The notes under the pieces are model-generated. The model did not search any database, had not been told where the DNA came from, and saw only the letters and a list, made by a program, of their open reading frames with translations. A stretch of 64,000 nt of DNA from the human T2T-CHM13v2.0 reference genome, Homo sapiens, in NCBI RefSeq assembly GCF_009914755.1, contig NC_060927.1; one strand, given 5' to 3'. Positions 55,535 to 64,000 of the stretch are shown piece after piece (positions within the stretch are counted from its first letter, which is position 1; each line of letters begins with the position of its first letter). The position numbers were made by a program, and so were the translations under genes.

Positions 55535-56564
55535 TTACAATTTGGCATGTTTTTGCAGTGGCTGGTACAGGTTGTTCCTTTCCATGTTTAGTGCTTCCTT
55601 CAGGAGCTCTTTCTTTTAAGGCAGGCCTGGTGGTGACAAAATCTCTCAGCATTTGCTTGTTTGTAAAGGATTTTATTTCTCCTTCACTTCTGAAGCTTAG
55701 TTTGGCTGGATATGAAATTCTGGGTTGAAAATTCTTTCCTTTAAGAATGTTGAATATTGGCGCCCACTCTCTTCTGGCTTGTAGAGTTTCTACCAAGAGA
55801 TCAGCTGTTAGTCTGATGGGCTTCCCTTTGTGGGTAACCCGACCTTTCTCTCTGGCTGCCTTTAACATTTTTTCCTTCATTTCAACTTTGGTGCATTTGA
55901 CAATTATGTGTCTTGGAGTTGCTCTTCTCAAGGATTATCTTTGTGGCATTCTCCGTATTTCCTGAATCTGAATATTGGCCTGCCTTGCTAGGTTGGGGAA
56001 GTTCTCCTGGACAATATCCTGTAGAGTGTTTTCCAACTTGGTTCCATTCTCCCTGTCACTTTCAGGTACACCAATCAGATGTAGATTTGGTCTTTTCACA
56101 TAGTCGCATATTTCTTGGAGGCTTTGTTCGTTTCTTTTTACTCTTTTTTCTTTAAACTTCTCTTCTCACTTCATTTCATTCATTTGATCTTCAATCACTG
56201 ATACCATTTCTTCCACTTGATTGAATTGGCTACTGAAGCTTGTGCATGCATCATGTAGTTCTTGAGCCATGGTTTTCAGCTCCATCAGGTCATTTAAGTT
56301 CTTCTCTACACTGTTTATTCTAGTTAGCCATTTGTCTAATCTTTTTTCAAGGTTTTTAGCTTCTTTGTGATGGGTTCGGACATCCTCCTTTAACTCGGAG
56401 AAGTTTCTTATTACTGATCGTTTGAAGCCTTCTTCTCTGAATTCGTCAAAGTCATTATCCGTCCAGCTTTGTTCTGTTGCTGACGAGCAGCTGCATTCCT
56501 TTGGAGGAGAAGAGGCGCTCTGATTTTTAGAATTTTCAGCTTTTCTGCTCTGTTTTCTCCCCAT
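55535..56564 (-). pseudogene. Disabled L1 ORF1 (RNA-binding chaperone)
   Basis: MGRKQSRKAENSKNQSAS... with premature TGA at 56166-56168; later fragment RRATPRHII...ISYPAKLSF with a frameshift near the end. Confidence 0.92.
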
Positions 56565-59556
56565 CTTTCTGGTTTTATCTACCTTTGGTCTTTGATGATG
56601 GTGACGTCCAGATGGGGTTTTGGTTTGGATGTCCTTTCCGTTTGTTAGTTTTCTTTCTAACAGTCAGGACCCTTAGCTGCAGGTCTGTTGGAGTTTGCTG
56701 GAGGTCCACTCCAGACCCTGTTTGCCTGGGTATCTCCAGTGGAGGCTGTAAAACAGCAAATATTGCAGAATGGCAAATGTTGCTGCCTGATCCTTCCTCT
56801 GGAAGCTTCATCTCAGAGGGGCACCCAGCCATATGAGATGTCAGTCAGCCCCTACTGGGAGGTGCCTCCCAGTTAGGCTACTCAGGGATCAGGGACCCAC
56901 TTGAGGAGGCAGTCTGTCTATTCTCAGATCTCAAACTCCATGCTGGGGGAACCACTACTCTCTTCAAAGCTGTCAGACAGGGATGTTTAAATCTGCAGAA
57001 GTTTCTGCTGCCTTTTGTTCAGCTATGCCCTGCCCCCAGAGGTGGAGTCTATAGAGGCAGGCAGGCAGGCCTCCTTGAGCTGCGCTAGGCTCCACCCAGT
57101 TTGAGCTTGCTCCCCCAGCCTCGCTGCTGCCTTGCAGTTCGATCTCAGACTGCTGTGCTAGCAGTGAGCGAGGCTCTGTGGGCCTGGGACCCTCCAAACT
57201 AGGCACGGGATGTAATCTCCTGGTGTGCCGTTTGCTAAGACCATTGGAAAAGTGCAGTGTTAGGGTGGGAGTGTCCCCATTTTCCAGGTATTGTCTGTCA
57301 TGGCTTCCGTTGGCTAGGAAAGGGAATTCCTCGACCCCTTGCACTTCCCTGGTGAGGTGATGCCCTGCCCTGCTTCGGCTCATGCTCTGTGGGATGTACC
57401 CACTGTCTGACAAGCTCCATTGAGATGAACCTGGTACTTCATTTGGAAATGCAGAAATCACCTGTCTTCTGTGTCACTCATGCTGGGAGCTGTAGACTGG
57501 AGCTGTTCCTATTCAGCCATCTTGGAACCTCATCAGTAGGAGAGTCTTCAGCTCAGTGTCTAGGTTTGAGTTCTTGTTATAATAGCACTAGGCATAATAC
57601 TGGGCATACAGTGGATGCTCAGGAGATGACTATGGAATAAGCAAGTAGGATAGGGTTTGGAGAGGAGAATGAGGCTTGGGCTGAAAGCTGAACTGAGTTC
57701 TAGTTTTGGATCTCTTGCTAAGCATGTCATCACTTGAGTCTCTTGGACTTGACTTTTTTTGTGTGTGTGAAATTGGAGAGTCAGAGGTAGGTTGGGGATC
57801 CCAGGCATTCCATGGTTCTGGGATAGTGACATGGTTTGAAGGAATTAGAACTGTAGTCACCAGATGTGGCAATATTTAGAGAGATGCTTTAGCTCAGGAC
57901 CAGCTCTATCCTGATAGGATGGCAGAAACTGGAGATAGAAGCCCCTTGTGACCTGGCGCAGGTTGAAGACCCTCTCTGGACCACACTTGAGCCATCTGTA
58001 GAATAAAGAGGAAGTGGCTGCTTTTCTAGCTCTAGGTCCTCTGCTTCTAAATACTTTTTCCATCAGCAGCTGTACTAAGTGAGGATCCCATGATATTACT
58101 TGGACAATGCCAAACATTGGTGATAGAACACATTCAGCATGTCCTGGAGATGCTGGGGACTCTTGTTTCCTGAAGGAGACTGTCAAGAGGGTAAGATAGA
58201 GCCTCTTTTCAGTCATGAGCTCTCTGCTGTAGGATTCTCTTGCAAGTTTGAGAATGATCTAAATCTGGGCATTCAGAGGGCTGTTGATTCTGAATCTTTT
58301 AGAGGGGAGGCAATTGTTAAGATAATGGAGTACAACTCCTTCATTCTTCTCACGAAGAACCTGGAACTCTGGAGAGGTGAACTACATAACAATTTAGCAA
58401 ATTAATGAGTAGGCTCAGACCAGCACTTTGGTGACTTCTCATGGAAAGTTTCTTTCTATACTAAGCCTACTCCTGCCTTCAAGGAGTTCTATAGATTTCC
58501 ATTGTCAGTATCAAGTAGGTGGATGTCTAGGGTGTGGCACAGTGCCTGCCACATATAGCAGGTGCTCAATAAATACTGGCCAAAGAAACAATGTGCACAA
58601 CTGTTACAGGCTCTTCCAATAGTAAAGACTAGGATTTGTCATGTGGATTCCAAGTTAGTAGTCATTCTTCCACGCCAAATTCCTCATTCCCTACTGCCTT
58701 CACTTTTGAACCTTTTTGTAAATACTCAGAGATATTCTTTCCTTTTATTTACTTTATAGATTGTATAAAAGACCATATCCCAGTCCACTTCTACTGTAAT
58801 AATAAGACCTGGACACATGGATATTATGGCTCATGTGCAAAAACTGGGTCACTTTCAAACTAATTTGTAGAACTTGTCCAAGGGAAGGATGTGTAAAGTC
58901 TTGATTTAGGATTTAAACAAAGATGTGCAAATAAAAAAACAGATGTCTCTTTATTGATTTAGGAAATTGTAATGTCAAAAGTTATTTATAAAAGTCTCAC
59001 TCCTTTTGTATTCCTAAAAACTCATTTTCACTGCTATTAATTTGCTACTTTGTGTCCTCAATAAGGGTATTACAAATTTAATTGATTTTGAACTCACTGA
59101 TTTTGAACTTAATGAAATTGTTTATTTCAGTAACTTCACTTTCTTTTATTTTCTTCACCATTAAACTTGGTGATATGAATCCCAAACTGATTTACCTAAC
59201 AGCCAAAGGGGTGAAAAATAAGAGATCTCAATTTTTTGGAAGTTTTCCAATTTTATATCCTAGATGACATACTGGTTCAAGAAGTCATTTCGGCTCCTTT
59301 TCTTGAAAGATGTTTTCTTTAAGTCTCCATATTTGTCTTGCTGTTTAAGAAGAAATTGATTCTCTACTCTGCTTAAAGAACATTTGATGACTTCCCATTT
59401 TCCTGAAGAGAAGCTTTAAATGTTTAACATGGCATTCTTAGCTCTTGATGATCTGGCTGCCAATGTACCTCATTGTCTATATTCCTTCTTGTTACTCCTG
59501 CCACACATTCTTTGCTCCTTGTCCCTCAAAAACAGTAAAAATTTTAGTAACAACAG

Positions 59557-59949
59557 TGTATTAATTATCTCTTGCTGCATAACAAGTTATCCCAAGCATT
59601 AGGTATTATTTCTTGGATTCTGTGGGTCGGGAATCTGAGCACAGCTTAGCTGGGTTCTCTGCTTCAGGGTTCCTTCTCTTACAAGACTGCAGTCAAGGTG
59701 TCAGCGGAGGCTGCAGTCATCTCAAGGTTCACCTGGAGCAGAAACTGTTTCCAAGCTCACTCATGTGGCCGTTGGTAGAATTCGGTTCCTCCTGGACTGT
59801 TAAGCTGAGGGCCTCAGCTCCTTGTTGGCTGTTGGCCAGAAGTCACCTTCAATTTCTTGCCAAGTGGCCCTCTCATCAAAGCACGCATGAAGGGGAGTGG
59901 GTGGAGAGAGAGAGGGAGAGAGACAGCAAGAGCGAGTGGGACAGAGAGA

Positions 59950-59995
<46 letters not shown>

Positions 59996-60182
59996 CAGCA
60001 AGTTAGAAAGCTGTCTTTTGTAACCTAATCAGGGAAGTGACATCTCATTACCTTTGCTGCTTCTAGTGGTTAGAAGCAACCAATGGAATGACCAGCACAT
60101 TGTAAAGGGGAGAGGCTCTATAAAGGCGTGAATACCAAGAGTTGGAGATAATTTAGAGTCATGTCAGAAGCTGCCAACCACA
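59557..60182 (-). mobile_element. MLT1 (E/F-like) LTR containing a (GA)n tract (about 59904-59992)
   Basis: tgtattaattatctcttgctgcataacaagttatccc...ccaagctcactcatgtggccgttgg...ggcgtgaataccaaga...ctgccaaccaca. Confidence 0.85.
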
Positions 60183-60189
60183 AACAATA

Positions 60190-60485
60190 TATACGGTTAA
60201 CAATTACTGAGTATGTACTATGTAACAGACACACTGTTAAGACCTTTCCCATATAGTATTTCATGCAGTCCTTACAAAAATTCTAGTCAATGGATAATGT
60301 TTTCATTTCAATTTCATCTCAAAAGGGTTAAATAATTAGCAAGTGGCAGAGGCAGGATTTGAGCCCTGGTTAGGGCAAGAGACAACGTCCTTATTTCTCC
60401 ATCCTCAGAGCTCAGCACTGACTCTGTGACACAAGAACCTAGTAGGTGTTGAGTAACTGCAAAATAAATGAATGAACGAATGAAT
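60190..60485. mobile_element. MIR (minus) followed by L2 3' end (plus)
   Basis: ttactgagtatgtactatgt...gcaagtggcagaggcaggatttgagccc; then tagtaggtgttgagtaact...taaatgaatgaacgaatgaatg. Confidence 0.6.
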
Positions 60486-60923
60486 GCAGACTTGGGTCCC
60501 ACTGCAACTACTTTTGCCCAAACTCTGGTCCTAGGCCTTGACCCAGTCTAAATAATACATAAATTACCATGTGGTTAAATAGGGCTGAATTATATTTAAT
60601 CAGTGAGGAGAACTCTGAATTTTAGGTGCAGGACTCAAGAGAGGAGATGTGGTTTTGTAATTTTTTCTCATGTATAGTCACCTGTCACTTAATGATGGAG
60701 ATAAGTTCCAAGCAATGCAACATCAGGCAAATTTGTCATTCTGCAAACATCATAAGGTATACTTACACAAAGCTAGATGGTGTAGCCTACTACACACCTA
60801 GGCTATATGGTGTAGCCAGTTGCTCCTAGGCTACAAGCCTATACAGCATATTATTGTACTAAATACTCTAGGTAATTATAAAACAGTGGTAAGTATTTGT
60901 GTGTCTAAGAATATCCAAACACA

Positions 60924-61602
<679 letters not shown>

Positions 61603-62749
61603 AAAAGAAAAAACGGTACATCTGTATGGGTCACTTTGCCATGAATGGAACTTGTAGGACTGGAAGTTGCTCTGGGTGAGTCAGGGAGTGAGTGGTGGAT
61701 GAAGGTGACCCTAAGGCATTACTGTACACTACTTAGACCTTATAAACACTCTACACTTAAGCTACACTAAATTTATTAAAATTTTTTTCTTCAATAATAA
61801 ATTAATCTTTGCTTACTATAACTTGTTTACTTTATAAGCTTTTTACTTTTTTAAACTTTTAAACTGTTTTGTAATAACAGTTTACAATATAAACACATTG
61901 TACAGCTATACAAAAATTTTCTGTATATTCTTGTTCTATAAGCTTTTTCCTATTTAAAAACTTTTTTATTTTTTACGTTTTAAGCTTTTTTTGCTAAAAA
62001 CTAAGACACAAACACACATTAGCTTAGGCCTCCACAGGGTCAGGTCATCAATATCACTGTATCCCACTTCCTAATCTTGTTCCAATGGAAGGTCTTCAGT
62101 GGCAATAACATGCAAGGATCTGTCATCTCCTGTGATAACAATCCTGCTTCTGGAATAACTCCAGAATGACCTGCCTTGTTTCACAGAGGTTGTTTTACGG
62201 TTAACTTAAAAAAAAATAAGGATAAGGAGTATACTCTAAATAAGAAGCATAGAATAGTAAACACATAAACCAGTAACACAGTTATTTATTATCATCATCA
62301 AGTATTATGTACTGTACATAATTGCATGTGCTATACTTTTATACAACCGGCAACACAATTAAGTTCGTTGACACCAGCATCACCACAAACAGGTCAGCAG
62401 TGTGTTGTGCTACAATGTCGCAATGCCTATGAATCACTAGGCAATAGGAATTTTTTAGCTCAATTATAAATCTTGTGGACCACCGTTGTATATGCAGTCT
62501 GTTGTTCACTGAAATGTCATTATGCAGGACATGACTGTAGTAAAAAGCAGACTTCATTACTACTGAGAACTTCAAAAGGATATCCAAGAAATTAGAATGC
62601 CAACACCCAGGATGAGAGATTATGGAGTTGTAAAGGAAACTGCTACAAACTTGAGAGGAATATTACAATAGTGTTAGGAAGGTGGAATTAGTAGCTAGCA
62701 GCTGGCATGCTTTTAAATCTGACTTCTCTTTCTTAAAGACAAATAAGAT

Positions 62750-63089
62750 TGTCTTAGTCTGTTTATGCTGCTATAACAAAATACCACAAACTGTGTATCT
62801 TATAAACAACAGATATTGGTTTCTTACAGTTCTGGAGGCTGGGAAGTCCAAGATCAAGGCAGATTTGGTGTCTGGTGAGGACCTGCTTTCAGACTCACAG
62901 ACCGTGCCTTCTGACTGTGTTCTTACACGACGAAAGGGGCAAGGGATCTCTTTCAGACCTCTTTTGTAAGGACAGCAATCCCAATCATGAAGGCTGTGCT
63001 CCCATGACCTAATCACCTCCCCAAGGCCTCACATCTAAAACCATCAACTTATGAATTTTGTGGGGGACATCAGCATTCAGACCATAGTA
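62750..63089 (-). mobile_element. MLT1A-like solo LTR
   Basis: tgtcttagtctgtttatgctgctataacaaaatacc...ttctggaggctgggaagtccaagatcaagg...gggggacatcagcattcagaccatag. Confidence 0.88.
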
Positions 63090-64000
63090 GGGATTAAAGG
63101 CAGCAAACAAAGAACTAGCTGAACTGGAGACAAAGAAATTATTCTGTGTCTGTGGAAGAATGGATTAAGAAAGAGTGGGCAAGCAAGGAGTAGGGACAAA
63201 GAGAGGAGGGTTGTTTTTGCATCTGGCCCTTAACTCAACAACTTTCTTTTGTATCTCTCCACTTTCAGGATTCACTGAGGTTGTTGGGCTCCTGTGGGAA
63301 TAGGTTAGGTGGACGCAATTATCATGGCTGATAAATAAATGGCATTATAGTGTCACAGTGAAGCTCAGCACTTGAGAATTCACAACACTGGGCAGTTTAT
63401 GAAGTACTTTCTCATGGGGTCTTATTTGTGCCTTCGATGACCTCTGAAGTGATATTGTCAAGAAGACTGGACAGACCTGTCATTTGACCAGCACCCCTTC
63501 TCCCTGTGAGGAGAAGGGGCATGGCAATCAAATCGTCATAAGCTGGCCCAGTGAGAATGGACCAAAGTCCCAGTGTTTAATGACATTAGGCAAATAGTTG
63601 GGCAGCACACTGGGCCGGTGAACTCTAAGGGCTGGGGCCTCCCTTTCTTGGGATATGCACTGTCAACTGTTGCCTCTGAGTCTCTCTATTATGGGGTCAA
63701 AGTAGAGCTCTCTCCCCCTTCTGATGGACACTTTTTTTGTTGTTGTTGATGTTGTTGCTGTCCTGATTAATGCCATGGATACAAATAAAGCCAGTTCATT
63801 GCTCTTGTTGCAGATGGCACGAAAAACATTTTGTCTCAGATGCCATTTGCACAAGTGACCTCATCCATTATGTATTGGTTTTATAATTTAGCCCAGCCTT
63901 TCAGATGCCCATGGAATGTCACCTACTCATGGGCATTATTATTCACAGCTTATAAAAGGAAAACAAGGCTTAGAGAAGTTGGTATGGGAGATTTTTCAGA

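Noticed and set aside
63240-63310. Possible 35-nt exon (ttcag|...tag|gttagg)
   Set aside because: Weak donor and no other support; similar lone acceptors at 9919, 37968 and 42846 are common in T-rich DNA.

Overview
Human genomic DNA: it carries Alu, L1PA, MIR, L2, MaLR and MER elements, including AluYa5 and AluYb8 copies from subfamilies that expanded mainly in humans. The window looks like a repeat-rich intron or intergenic region. I found no credible protein-coding exon, RNA gene or CRISPR array. The only real protein homology in the ORF track is the disabled ORF1/ORF2 and an ORF0 remnant of a full-length 6.1-kb L1PA5/6-like element (51430-57534, minus strand). I do not see evidence for a new biological system. 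The most unusual structure is inside an MLT1C LTR (20294-21382): a compound templated insertion made of a direct copy of DNA 2.6 kb upstream, a 29-nt stutter and a 23-nt inverted copy of the LTR's own 5' end, resembling a fossil template-switch repair scar. It lies next to a nest of L2>MLT1C>MADE1>Alu. Other notable items are two very young Alus, a recently created inverted Alu pair, a perfect estrogen response element and several candidate + strand splice signals. Repeat family calls are from memory of consensus sequences, and boundaries of old repeats are approximate.
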